64,000 nt of DNA from Bacteroidales bacterium UBA5762 (GCA_002418865.1 DIEY01000098.1:3421-67420), one strand, 5' to 3'; positions 19,148-28,813 are shown, counted from the stretch's first letter. A program made the numbers and translations. The notes: generated by a model from the sequence alone, not told the origin.

Positions 19148-20215
19148 ATGATGAGAAATAGAATATTGCTTAGAGCCATTGCCTTAATATTCATTATTTT
19201 GGGTCAGTTTTACTTGAAAATATTGGCCCAAGACACTAACAATGCCGGATTTCAGATGCGTGAAGCCTATTTTCAAAAATATAAAGATTTGGCTATTCGA
19301 GAGATGATGGAATATGGCATACCGGCGAGTATAAAATTGGCTCAAGCTGTATTGGAATCTGGAGCAGGTAATGGTGAACTGGCTAAAGTAGCCAATAATC
19401 ATTTTGGTATTAAGTGCCATAAAGAATGGACTGGTGATAAGTTTTACAAGGACGATGATAGCCCTAACGAATGTTTTAGAAAATATAATTCAGTTGAAGA
19501 ATCCTATCGCGATCATTCCTTGTTTTTACGCTCCAGAGAACGATATTCTAATTTGTTTAGATTCGATATTTACGATTATAAAGCATGGGCCTATGGTCTC
19601 AAAAGTGCTGGATATGCTACCAATCCGAATTATCCTCAACTTTTAATCAAAATAATCGAAGAGCATCAACTTACACGTTTCGATCATCCTTTATCCGATA
19701 CTTTATCTTTTACTTCTGCCTCTGTGAGTCCATCAAATCAAATAAAAGAAGATAATAATAATTTGGACTCTCATGAAATGCCCGGAAATTTGACAATTAT
19801 AAAAACTTCTAAGGAAGGTAGAAAAATTTATAAAAATAACGATGTAAAGTTTATTGTTTATCAAACAGATGATACTCCCGTAAAAATTGCTCAGGAATTT
19901 GACCTTTATACTTGGCAGATATTCGAATTTAATGATCTCGAATTGGAAACGGAGTTAAAACCTGGCGATATTATATACATAGAAAAGAAAAAGCGAAAAG
20001 CCAAGGAAGACTTTTACGTTGTTAAACCTAAAGACAACATGCATAAAATTTCACAAAAATTTGGGATGCAACTACATCATCTTTATGATTTGAACCGAAT
20101 GAACTTCGGTACCGAACCACAACAAGGAGATACTTTATGGTTGAATAAAAAAAAGCCTGCTAATATGCAAAATCCTTCTTCGGGAATTTTTCGTATTTTT
20201 AACCCCAAAAATTAA
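19148..20215 (+). CDS. peptidoglycan hydrolase: N-acetylglucosaminidase domain plus two LysM domains
   Basis: Signal peptide; IPASIKLAQAVLESGAGNGELAKVANNHFGIK (glucosaminidase/FlgJ-like); two LysM-like repeats in the C-terminal half. Confidence 0.8.
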   Translation: MMRNRILLRAIALIFIILGQFYLKILAQDTNNAGFQMREAYFQKYKDLAIREMMEYGIPASIKLAQAVLESGAGNGELAKVANNHFGIKCHKEWTGDKFYKDDDSPNECFRKYNSVEESYRDHSLFLRSRERYSNLFRFDIYDYKAWAYGLKSAGYATNPNYPQLLIKIIEEHQLTRFDHPLSDTLSFTSASVSPSNQIKEDNNNLDSHEMPGNLTIIKTSKEGRKIYKNNDVKFIVYQTDDTPVKIAQEFDLYTWQIFEFNDLELETELKPGDIIYIEKKKRKAKEDFYVVKPKDNMHKISQKFGMQLHHLYDLNRMNFGTEPQQGDTLWLNKKKPANMQNPSSGIFRIFNPKN

Positions 20216-20228
20216 TCTCCCAATCTGA

Positions 20229-20510
20229 ATGTTTGAAGTTATTGAATATCATAATGGATTAGTAAAATGCCTTTCTTTCGAGACAGAAGATGGTCAGGCA
20301 GTTATTGGAGTTATGGCGCCAGGAGAATTTGAATTTATTTCCGCCGGTAACGGATACTTTACTGTAATTTCTGGGATAATTTTTATTATGCTCCCTAGCC
20401 ATTTAGTTTGGAAACCTTATAAACCTTACGAAACAATCATTATTCCAACAGACATCAAATATAAGGTAAAATGCTCTGCCAATGCGTCGTTTAAATTGAT
20501 ATACCAGTAA
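20229..20510 (+). CDS. ppnP: pyrimidine/purine nucleoside phosphorylase PpnP (DUF1255)
   Basis: 93 aa with a cupin-like sequence collinear with E. coli PpnP/YaiE (...VGVMAPGEFEF...VISG...). Confidence 0.75.
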   Translation: MFEVIEYHNGLVKCLSFETEDGQAVIGVMAPGEFEFISAGNGYFTVISGIIFIMLPSHLVWKPYKPYETIIIPTDIKYKVKCSANASFKLIYQ

Positions 20511-20532
20511 TTGGCAAGCTGAGATTAAAAGA

Positions 20533-23319
20533 TTATTCGAGCCTCCAGATAACCATTTCACGATTATAAGTAGCCACAATAACTGGTTGTTTCTTCAATT
20601 TTTTACTATTGAATATTCCAGCGACATAAAAATTAGGAGCAGGAAAGGGTTTATCCGAAATAAGTCCTTTGTGATTGAAGATAAGAATACCCTCTTTTGG
20701 CCCTGCATTGACGATGAGAATGCTGCTAGTTCCTGAGTCTAGAATCAAAGGTTTTTCCTTTACAAACTCCTTGAATTGATGCTGCAAAAGAATATTCTTG
20801 AATCGGTCATAAACAATTAGTTGGTCCCCATCAAGGTAAATAAAATCCTGACTTCCATTTTTATCGAAATCTTCGTAAATAAAAAAATGATTTTTAGAAA
20901 AATTATCGAATACAGTTTTCTCTATGGGGCCTTTGGGACTAAGATAGACTAAATTTCCCGTTTGGTCGGTAGTGAGTATGGCTCCTTTTCGATTAGTTTC
21001 GTTTAAATAGAACTCTGAGTTTGATGAATTAGTAAAAGCTTGCTCGAATGCTTTGGCTTTTTTCCCATTTTCCTGAACCATTAAGACCTGACCCGAAGCA
21101 TAAGGTACAGCGAAATAATTTTTCCCTTCAAACTCGAAACGCTTAATGGTTTGGATTACTTGCCCTTTTAGTTTTGGTGGTTCCCAGCCTTTTATGGGTT
21201 TCCCTTTTATGTCGATGCAGTGCAATAAACTATCGGAGCCAGGGTAATAAATGCGGACGGTAGATTTTTTATCATTTGAAAAAAGAGAAGGCGGACCTGT
21301 GAGAGGTATATTAAGCGCAACAGGATATCCTGGTAGCAATTTACCTGAAGTCTCATAGGCATAAAGTTGAGTCTGGGTGATAAAGAACAAAACTTGCTTA
21401 TTGTCAATTCTTATGGCTTCAACTCTGCAAAGAACATCATCCGACGATCCTTCGATTAGTTTTTTCCATTTGAGTGAGCCTTCTGAATCGAATAAGTAGG
21501 CGTTTTGTATCTGGTCGAAGGCCAAAACATAGCTTTTGCCTTGGGCCAAGTTATTCAATATTATGGGAGGTTTGGTGGATGGTTGGTCGAGTTGAACTTT
21601 CCATAATAAACGTTCGTCTGTGGGAATCTCGTTTAAATTATGGATAAGTAGTGTGTCGCTTGTTGTGTTGGTCGAAGTTTGAGAAGCAAGTATTTCATCA
21701 TTGGCTGAACGGTGTTTTATAATTGTTGAAAGATATGGCATCGAGCCTTCTCCCGAAACTTGAACCGAAATGGCATCAAAAAGAGAAACTACGTGAAGAT
21801 TAGCATCTAAATTGCCAGCCACTTCTGTGGCAAACAAAAAATGATGAAAAGCAGCAGCTTCAGTTGGATCGTAATAGAACCAAAAATTCGTTTTTTCTTC
21901 TGATATTTCACGTATAGCTTTAAATCCTATCGTATTGATTAAAGTTTTTCCGCGTACATATTGTATTACGTAATCTTGAAGTATTTGAGGTTTGGTGGCC
22001 AAAAGGAAGTAATCATCTATTCTGTAATAATAGACCTTATTGAAATCAGGTAAAATGCTAGATAAAAAACTACCAAAAAATCGCTCAAAGTCTATTTTTC
22101 TGAATTCTCGCTGATTAATAGTAAAAGACTTTTCGCTTTCAGTTGAAGGTAAAGTTTCTTTAATCATTTCCTCGAAATGTTGAGCATTGAGGGATCGCAG
22201 AATAACTAAGGAATTATCCAAGGGAGTTTCTTCTCCTGTATTAATGAGTGCTGAAACTATTTCGGCTATTTTAGCTTCTTTTAAATTTTGTATTAATGAG
22301 ATAGTTAGCTGATTTTCAGATTTTTGTGAGGTAGAAAGCGACAAAAGGTAATCATTATAGGAATCGATAAAACTATCGAAGTTGTCGAAGCACAAATAAA
22401 TAAAGCTTGCAGTATGTTCGGGAATAAGATTGAGGGCGGTTGGCGCCTGAGGATGCTGGTTTCTAAATAGTCGTAAGAAATCTCCTGGTTGTGTTATTGA
22501 ATAACCATTCAAAAGAAGTTTTTTCTTTTGGAAATAAATATCGAGAGAAGCATATTTTGCAAATCTTCTAAGTTTAGAATATCCAGGGATAAAATCGCTG
22601 GCTGGCCATTTTTTAAAGATTTCGGGCAGATAATCAAAATTGAGCAGCAAAGTAGCATCAACATTGTTGCCGGCTGATTTTAAAAGGTTTTGAACTTGTG
22701 GTTCGCTGTCAAGGCCTTTAGCTTTATTGATTTGTTGTAAACTCGAGGCCAAAACTTCAGCAGAGAAAGAGGCTATAAATATCTTGTGTCTGAAGGTATA
22801 ATATAAAACCTGTTGTTGCTGGCCTATTCTCGAAGCGTTTATTTTATTGTATTTGTGTAGCTCAGCAGTGGTCGAAGCTGTCTTCGATGCATTATTCCCC
22901 AATAGGTTAGATAATGTCACTTCTTCAATATTCGTTGAACAAGGAAAAAGTAAAAGAAAATTAGTTTTCCCTGACGAGTTATTATGGAAAGAAATCATTA
23001 CCTCCTTATTTTTCAAAAAATCGTCAACATTGGTTTGCGATTGTAATAATGAATCTATTCCAACGATGCCTTGGTGAAGTTTCGAAAAAGTTTCCGTCAT
23101 TTTAAGTGCATCCCAAACCTCATTATTGTTTTTTAGCTTTTCCCATAATTGTGAGGCGTTTTTTGTGATGAAAACCATACTGGCGTTTTGAGGCACAGCG
23201 TTGATAAGTTTATATTCACGAGCTGGCCCTTTAAGCAGTAACCAATATATTCCTCCGCCTAAGGATGGGATTCCCAAAGCTAACAAAATAATAGTAAGCC
23301 ATTTTTTCCCTTGCTTCAT
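20533..23319 (-). CDS. 928-aa membrane-anchored protein of unknown function with C-terminal beta-propeller-like repeats
   Basis: A single N-terminal TM helix (WLTIILLALGIPSLGGGIYWLLL). The C-terminal ~350 aa are repetitive and beta-rich, with an FG-GAP/PQQ-like flavour (FDKNGSQDFIYLDGDQLIVYD). Confidence 0.6.
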   Translation of the reverse strand: MKQGKKWLTIILLALGIPSLGGGIYWLLLKGPAREYKLINAVPQNASMVFITKNASQLWEKLKNNNEVWDALKMTETFSKLHQGIVGIDSLLQSQTNVDDFLKNKEVMISFHNNSSGKTNFLLLFPCSTNIEEVTLSNLLGNNASKTASTTAELHKYNKINASRIGQQQQVLYYTFRHKIFIASFSAEVLASSLQQINKAKGLDSEPQVQNLLKSAGNNVDATLLLNFDYLPEIFKKWPASDFIPGYSKLRRFAKYASLDIYFQKKKLLLNGYSITQPGDFLRLFRNQHPQAPTALNLIPEHTASFIYLCFDNFDSFIDSYNDYLLSLSTSQKSENQLTISLIQNLKEAKIAEIVSALINTGEETPLDNSLVILRSLNAQHFEEMIKETLPSTESEKSFTINQREFRKIDFERFFGSFLSSILPDFNKVYYYRIDDYFLLATKPQILQDYVIQYVRGKTLINTIGFKAIREISEEKTNFWFYYDPTEAAAFHHFLFATEVAGNLDANLHVVSLFDAISVQVSGEGSMPYLSTIIKHRSANDEILASQTSTNTTSDTLLIHNLNEIPTDERLLWKVQLDQPSTKPPIILNNLAQGKSYVLAFDQIQNAYLFDSEGSLKWKKLIEGSSDDVLCRVEAIRIDNKQVLFFITQTQLYAYETSGKLLPGYPVALNIPLTGPPSLFSNDKKSTVRIYYPGSDSLLHCIDIKGKPIKGWEPPKLKGQVIQTIKRFEFEGKNYFAVPYASGQVLMVQENGKKAKAFEQAFTNSSNSEFYLNETNRKGAILTTDQTGNLVYLSPKGPIEKTVFDNFSKNHFFIYEDFDKNGSQDFIYLDGDQLIVYDRFKNILLQHQFKEFVKEKPLILDSGTSSILIVNAGPKEGILIFNHKGLISDKPFPAPNFYVAGIFNSKKLKKQPVIVATYNREMVIWRLE

Positions 23320-23482
23320 TTTGCTGCCTCAATTTGTTTGTGCTACTGAATTTTTGAAATTTTCCGGGATGAAGTAAACCATTTTCTCTCTGTTAGATAC
23401 GGAAATATAATATTTTGTTTGCAAAATTACACCTAAATATTAAGCTAAGTGTATGATTAAAATTACTTGGGGAAAGTAGTTT

Positions 23483-24082
23483 TTATTTGAACGATAGACG
23501 TGTTTGTAAACTGATTTTAAAAGTTCGGCGGTGGTAAGGTGTAAGGCCATATTCATGAATTGCAAGTAAATGTTCTTTTGTGGCATATCCCTTATTATGG
23601 TTCCATCCATATTGTGGATATTCTTCATGCAATTGATTCATAAACGAGTCTCTGTATGTTTTAGCTAAAATTGAAGCAGCTGCAATACTTTCGTAAATAC
23701 CATCGCCTTTTACTATACAAGCATATTCAATTTGATTATAAGGTTTAAATCGATTGCCATCGACTAATATAATGGTCGGGCGTACGCTAAGTTGATCGAG
23801 TGCACGGTGCATAGCTAAAATACTGGCATTAAGTATGTTTAATTTTTCAATTTCTTCTTTTGTAGCAGTAGCTATGGAAAAACAAATAGCTGTACTTTCG
23901 ATGATTTCTTTTAGTTGTTCTCTTTTTTTGGGGTTAAGTTTTTTAGAATCGTTCAATCCTTCTGCCTGAAAGTTTTCGGGTAAGATAACAGCGGCAGCAA
24001 ATACCGGCCCTACAAGGCTTCCTCGACCTGCCTCATCACATCCGGCCTCTGTTAGCTCCAAATTATATTTTCGTTGTAACAT
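23483..24082 (-). CDS. rnhB: ribonuclease HII
   Basis: AGCDEAGRGSLVGPVFAAAV (DEAGRG catalytic motif) and DSKKL; 199 aa. Confidence 0.9.
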   Translation of the reverse strand: MLQRKYNLELTEAGCDEAGRGSLVGPVFAAAVILPENFQAEGLNDSKKLNPKKREQLKEIIESTAICFSIATATKEEIEKLNILNASILAMHRALDQLSVRPTIILVDGNRFKPYNQIEYACIVKGDGIYESIAAASILAKTYRDSFMNQLHEEYPQYGWNHNKGYATKEHLLAIHEYGLTPYHRRTFKISLQTRLSFK

Positions 24083-25066
24083 TTAATGGATGATTTGAAG
24101 GTTCTGCAAAAAGGCAATTATAAAAAACAAATTTAATAAAATTTCACTTCTCCATGAACGCATAGGCTCGCTAAAATGTGCCGAGGCAAAAGCACTCAAC
24201 GGAATGCTTACTAATCCTAGATGATAAATGAAAAATGTATTTGAGAATGTAGCCGACAAGAGTGAAAATACTAAAAACCATGTCATTATCCAACTTGTTC
24301 GCCGAAATTGTATTGGCTTATGTAACAAACTAGTCATAGAGGTAAAAAATATATAGAGCGTTGTAATAGTAAAAACACTTATAAATAACCATTCTAACCA
24401 TGAAATGCCAAAAGAAATATTTGGTATGTCAAAAAATGCCAATGAAGTGAAAATATAATCTAAAGGTGAATAATTCAGCAAAAACATGATTCCTAAAATG
24501 AGGATAATTGGATTTAGAAAACCAAGCAAAGCCAATAAAAAATCTCTTCCTCTTGAAGAGCTATAATAAAGTGCTACTATCCAAACAAATAGTATGAAAA
24601 TGACTGCTGGAGGGTAGAAAAGAGTAGCTAAACCCGTGAAAAAACCTGCCCAGAACGATTTTTGAAAATTCGATTCAGATGAGGGAAAACCGAGGACATA
24701 AAGTAAACTGATGGATAAACAGATTATGGGTAAGCTTAGAGGATGAATGGTGCATAGGTTTGGATTATGACTAAAGATAACGATAAATAGAAACAAAGTT
24801 ATGGTGCTTCGGTAAGGAACAAATTTTTTTGACCTGAGAGTAAAATAAAACATTAAGGCAAGGATAATAGTCAAAATCAGAGCCATAATTCCTGCTCCTA
24901 GCCGATGGTTTAAAAGGCTACCCCATAACCATTTTTGCAGAGGAAATGCATCGAAAGCAACCGAAGGAGGTGGGTTCAATAAAGGGTTTAGCCACAATAA
25001 GAGGGTCATAAAACCCACGATAATAAATGGTCGGAATTGTCCTGTGCTCAAAAGCTTTCTCAACAT
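24083..25066 (-). CDS. polytopic inner-membrane protein, unknown function
   Basis: About 9 hydrophobic helices. Its TAA stop directly abuts the rnhB ATG. Confidence 0.55.
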   Translation of the reverse strand: MLRKLLSTGQFRPFIIVGFMTLLLWLNPLLNPPPSVAFDAFPLQKWLWGSLLNHRLGAGIMALILTIILALMFYFTLRSKKFVPYRSTITLFLFIVIFSHNPNLCTIHPLSLPIICLSISLLYVLGFPSSESNFQKSFWAGFFTGLATLFYPPAVIFILFVWIVALYYSSSRGRDFLLALLGFLNPIILILGIMFLLNYSPLDYIFTSLAFFDIPNISFGISWLEWLFISVFTITTLYIFFTSMTSLLHKPIQFRRTSWIMTWFLVFSLLSATFSNTFFIYHLGLVSIPLSAFASAHFSEPMRSWRSEILLNLFFIIAFLQNLQIIH

Positions 25067-25070
25067 GGTA

Positions 25071-26408
25071 TTAGGATGTTTCAGTTGAAGATGAAGCTCC
25101 CAAACTCACGATGGTTTCGTATATTTCGGGCCAACCTTTCCATCGGCCGCTGCCCCCATGAGTTTCATTGTGCCACAGAGTAATCAATGTACCCGAATAA
25201 CGTTTTACTTCTTCTATATATGGTTTTACAAAATCTACAATTTGGTTTTCCGGAATCTTCAAGTAATCTTTTAATGTTCCGTCCATAAACATAAAAGGAT
25301 GAATCAGCAGAGAGGTGGGAGTGTCTAAATCGAGATCATAGAAAGGGAAAGGGATGCAGGTACCGGCTCTGAATCCAGGCTGATCGGCAAAACCCATAGT
25401 ATAATCATCGGTAATTCCCCAATGGATGAGGTTGCGGTAGGTTTCGGGAAGACTAAGTTTCAAGAAATGCTGACGGCTATGCGTAACTTGTCGATGCAAG
25501 CATTTGGATAAGTCTTCAATTTCTTTTTTTAATTTCTGAGGATTTTTATTTGAGGCATAAGAAGGATGAATTCCAACTATAGCATAGTCGGCAATCCTTT
25601 TTATCAGAGTTCTAAAGGCTGGATTATAAATCGACAGATTCTTGTCGAATTGTCCGTAATCGCTAAAGAGAAAGAAAAATACGGGTTTTAGGCGATAAGA
25701 TGAATGCAATAATTGTAAGGAATCAAAACTATCGAAAGGATCACGTTCTTTGCCCATTAATACCTGAGTTCGGCTTTTTATTTCTTCAAAATCTGCATGT
25801 AGCAAATTTTTTATGTATCCTCCGAGCGTTCTCAGAAATCCTTTATGTAAGTAACTATATGCTAAATCCACATCTATGGTAGGAACATACTTGTAGGAAG
25901 TTTTATGGAACTGCAAATCGGGGAATTTTTTCAATAAAATAGAAACAATCATCTCTGCCCAATGATTCACAACTGCTTTATCGAGAAATCCTTCACGATA
26001 GGCTATGCTTTCTTTTGCCTGAAAGCGTCCATGTATATCTTTTCGACAAGGCAAATATTCTTCATAACGGCTCAACATGTAAAAGGATGAAGCAAAGGCA
26101 TCAAAAGGCAAGGCCGAGTCTTTACTATAAACAGGGAAGAGCCCACCATGGGGCGAATATTTCCCCGTATCGACCCCTGCAATGTTTCTCTCAAATAATA
26201 ATGAAACCGCCTCAAACCAAACTTCATTTTTCTGAAAACTTCCCCCATAAATCATCCTAGGTCCCTGCCAAGCAATGTATTCATCATCATTGAGCGTAAA
26301 TTCATGATTTATTCCCCATAACGTATTCAATAAGTAATGAAATGTGTATTGTAGTCGCTTGCTAAATTTTGGAATCTTTATCAGTAATCTGTCACCTGAA
26401 TTGCTCAT
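25071..26408 (-). CDS. polysaccharide-deacetylase-like protein (tentative)
   Basis: 445 aa. VPTIDVDLAYSY and HPSYAS segments resemble the NodB-type deacetylase-family proteins annotated in Bacteroidota (from memory). There is a 4-nt gap to the downstream membrane protein. Confidence 0.45.
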   Translation of the reverse strand: MSNSGDRLLIKIPKFSKRLQYTFHYLLNTLWGINHEFTLNDDEYIAWQGPRMIYGGSFQKNEVWFEAVSLLFERNIAGVDTGKYSPHGGLFPVYSKDSALPFDAFASSFYMLSRYEEYLPCRKDIHGRFQAKESIAYREGFLDKAVVNHWAEMIVSILLKKFPDLQFHKTSYKYVPTIDVDLAYSYLHKGFLRTLGGYIKNLLHADFEEIKSRTQVLMGKERDPFDSFDSLQLLHSSYRLKPVFFFLFSDYGQFDKNLSIYNPAFRTLIKRIADYAIVGIHPSYASNKNPQKLKKEIEDLSKCLHRQVTHSRQHFLKLSLPETYRNLIHWGITDDYTMGFADQPGFRAGTCIPFPFYDLDLDTPTSLLIHPFMFMDGTLKDYLKIPENQIVDFVKPYIEEVKRYSGTLITLWHNETHGGSGRWKGWPEIYETIVSLGASSSTETS

Positions 26409-26549
26409 AAATTTTCAATAATAACATGTTTTCGATTAAAAACTCGAGAAAGTTTCGCCTAATGGAAACCACAAAGGTACAAAGGCCCAACATATATTTA
26501 TTTGACAAAAAACCATTAAGTTTGACGCCTGATTTTTATTATTGAGGGC

Positions 26550-28337
26550 ATGGATAATTTTATTGTTTCGGCAAGGAAATATAGACCGAGTACTTTCGAC
26601 GAAATAGTTGGGCAACAAAGTATAGTGCAAACCTTGAAAAATGCTATACGCACTCAGCAAATTGCTCAAGCTTTTTTATTTACAGGACCACGTGGCGTGG
26701 GTAAAACAACCACTGCACGAATCCTTGCCAAAACTATTAACTGCCTCAATCTTACACCCAACTTCGAACCTTGCAATCAGTGCGATTCTTGCATGGATTT
26801 CAATAATAATACTTTACTGAATATTTTCGAACTTGACGCTGCTTCTAACAATTCTGTAGATAATATTCGTTCTTTGATTGATCAGGTGCGTATTCCTCCA
26901 CATCATGGCAAGTATAAAGTATACATCATTGATGAAGTGCACATGTTATCGCAGAACGCCTTCAATGCATTTTTAAAGACACTCGAAGAACCTCCCGATT
27001 ATGTGAAGTTTATTTTAGCCACAACCGAAAAACATAAGGTTATGGCAACCATACTTTCACGTTGCCAGGTATATGATTTCAAGCGTATTACTATCGAGGA
27101 TATCGTTCACCAGCTTCAACATGTTGCTCAAAATGAAGGCATAAGTTATGAGATAGAAGCCTTGCATGTGATTGCCGAGAAGGCCGATGGTGCTATGCGC
27201 GATGCTCTTTCCATCTTCGATCAGTTGGTTACTTATTCTGGACGTCATCTCACTTACCAGAAAGTGGCCGAAAGCCTCTATGTGCTTAGTTATGAGGATT
27301 ATTTCAAAATGAGTGAGTACTTGTTACATGGACAAACTAGCGATGCCCTTATTTTATTGAATGATATCATAGAACGTGGTTTTGAGGGGCAAATGTTTAT
27401 CAATGGCTTGGGCAAACATTTTCGTAATCTTTGGTTGGCTAAAGACCCGGCTGCTGTTAAATTGCTCGAAGTCTCGGAAACAGTAGCGAATCTGTATATT
27501 ACCCAAGCCCAAAAATGTTCTCTTCAATTTCTGGCTAAAGCCCTCAATCTCATCAACCAATGTGATGCCAACTACCGTATGAGTCTTAATAAAAGACTTG
27601 CCATTGAAATCACTCTTATTAATATTTGCCAGATAGAAAATCCTTTTACAAACTCCAAGCCCAACCCACAACCCGCCCCTACTCATATTTCCGAGCCTAA
27701 TGCTGAATATGCCCCCAAATCTTCACCCTCTGCCGCATCAGCTCCTTCTTCTTCTCAAGATCCCTTATCCTTACCTCCACAACCTAACCCATCTCTTTCA
27801 TCAACTGGTCAAACTCCAAAATCTTCAACCAACATCGAAAATAATGCTACAAAGAATGGACTTTCTCATTTTGGATTGCAAACCGCTAACGTGCGAAAAA
27901 TTATTAATCAGCCAGAAGAGCAAAATTCAAAAAAAATCGAAGAGAGTCAACAGCCATTGCCTCAAGGGAGAGAGTTCAGCGAAGAAGAGCTTTTAATGAA
28001 ATGGGCATTTTTTCTCGAAGCTTTGAGTGAAAAGGAAGAAGTATTGGTATATTCGCTCAAAATGGCCAAACCACAAAAAGCTGATAATCATACTATTGTA
28101 TTCCAAGTGGTTAATGGCGTAATAAAGAATGATATTCTTAATAATCAAGAACGAATCTTGGATTTTTTTCGAACCGAATTCTCTAATCCTAGTATAAAAC
28201 TTCTCACAGAGATAATCCCCTCATCCGAAAACAATATAATGGCATACACTCCATTGGAAAGATTAAATGAGCTTTCAAAACGCAACCCATTTGTTAAGGA
28301 ATTTGTGCAAAAGTTTAATCTACAACCCGAGTTATAA
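26550..28337 (+). CDS. dnaX: DNA polymerase III subunit gamma/tau
   Basis: ARKYRPSTFDEIVGQ, Walker A GPRGVGKTT, DEVHML, a zinc-module CNQCDSC, and a Pro/Ser-rich linker before the C-terminal tau domains. Confidence 0.95.
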   Translation: MDNFIVSARKYRPSTFDEIVGQQSIVQTLKNAIRTQQIAQAFLFTGPRGVGKTTTARILAKTINCLNLTPNFEPCNQCDSCMDFNNNTLLNIFELDAASNNSVDNIRSLIDQVRIPPHHGKYKVYIIDEVHMLSQNAFNAFLKTLEEPPDYVKFILATTEKHKVMATILSRCQVYDFKRITIEDIVHQLQHVAQNEGISYEIEALHVIAEKADGAMRDALSIFDQLVTYSGRHLTYQKVAESLYVLSYEDYFKMSEYLLHGQTSDALILLNDIIERGFEGQMFINGLGKHFRNLWLAKDPAAVKLLEVSETVANLYITQAQKCSLQFLAKALNLINQCDANYRMSLNKRLAIEITLINICQIENPFTNSKPNPQPAPTHISEPNAEYAPKSSPSAASAPSSSQDPLSLPPQPNPSLSSTGQTPKSSTNIENNATKNGLSHFGLQTANVRKIINQPEEQNSKKIEESQQPLPQGREFSEEELLMKWAFFLEALSEKEEVLVYSLKMAKPQKADNHTIVFQVVNGVIKNDILNNQERILDFFRTEFSNPSIKLLTEIIPSSENNIMAYTPLERLNELSKRNPFVKEFVQKFNLQPEL

Positions 28338-28716
28338 GTTATAAGTTATTACAATCTGAAATTCCTTTTTTTCGGTGGCAGTCGTGATATTAGACAGTGA
28401 CATCACATAATAGTCATCTTTTTTCTTTTAACGTCTTTCTCTTTTACGATATCTTTTGGCCATCCCATATCAGTTCTTTCTCCAAAATGCGGACCATTGT
28501 CCATAATATAGAAAAACGAGCCATATAAGGAAACTTTTCAGCAAGAGGAATGGTTTTAGAGAGTGGTGGCTTGCTGGGTTTTATATAAAATATTGATTTA
28601 GTTTAATGTAGAATTTTTTGATGTTTACTTTTTCCCATACTAAACCTTGGCATATTAATTGTTTCTAACTAAATGGTTTTGGTTAACAATTAATGGATTT
28701 TGGTTAGTAATAAAGG

Positions 28717-28750
28717 ACAGGCTACTTGAAATGGCAGCCTGTTTTTTATT
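28717..28750 (+). terminator. intrinsic terminator on the + strand, about 380 nt downstream of dnaX
   Basis: Stem ACAGGCT/AGCCTGT (28717-23 and 28736-42), followed by TTTTTTATTT. Confidence 0.55.
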
Positions 28751-28789
28751 TGATAAAAACAATGAGCCTTGCAATTGATTGCAAAGCTC
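28751..28789 (-). terminator. intrinsic terminator for the minus-strand T9SS cargo gene
   Basis: 12-bp stem with one mismatch, GAGCCTTGCAAT/ATTGCAAAGCTC (28764-28789), followed on the minus strand by ATTGTTTTTATCA. It begins 25 nt past the stop at 28814. Confidence 0.5.
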
Positions 28790-28813
28790 GTATCAAAGCG
28801 TTGGATAAATATT

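Noticed and set aside
28332-28350. Tandem repeat TTATAAG x2.5 spanning the dnaX stop codon, checked as a possible repeat array or CRISPR-like signal.
   Set aside because: It is only about 19 nt of a 7-mer in AT-rich sequence, with no spacers and no further copies. It is trivial microsatellite-like sequence. No CRISPR array exists in the window.
28400-28560. A minus-strand reading ...YIMDNGPHFGERTDMGWPKDIVKEKDVKRKK resembles the DDE 'DNG/DNAP.H' region of IS630/Tc1-type or rve-type transposases, suggesting another IS relic.
   Set aside because: The resemblance is limited to about 6 residues, the frame is closed on both sides within ~45 codons, and there are no flanking inverted repeats. That is too weak to call.
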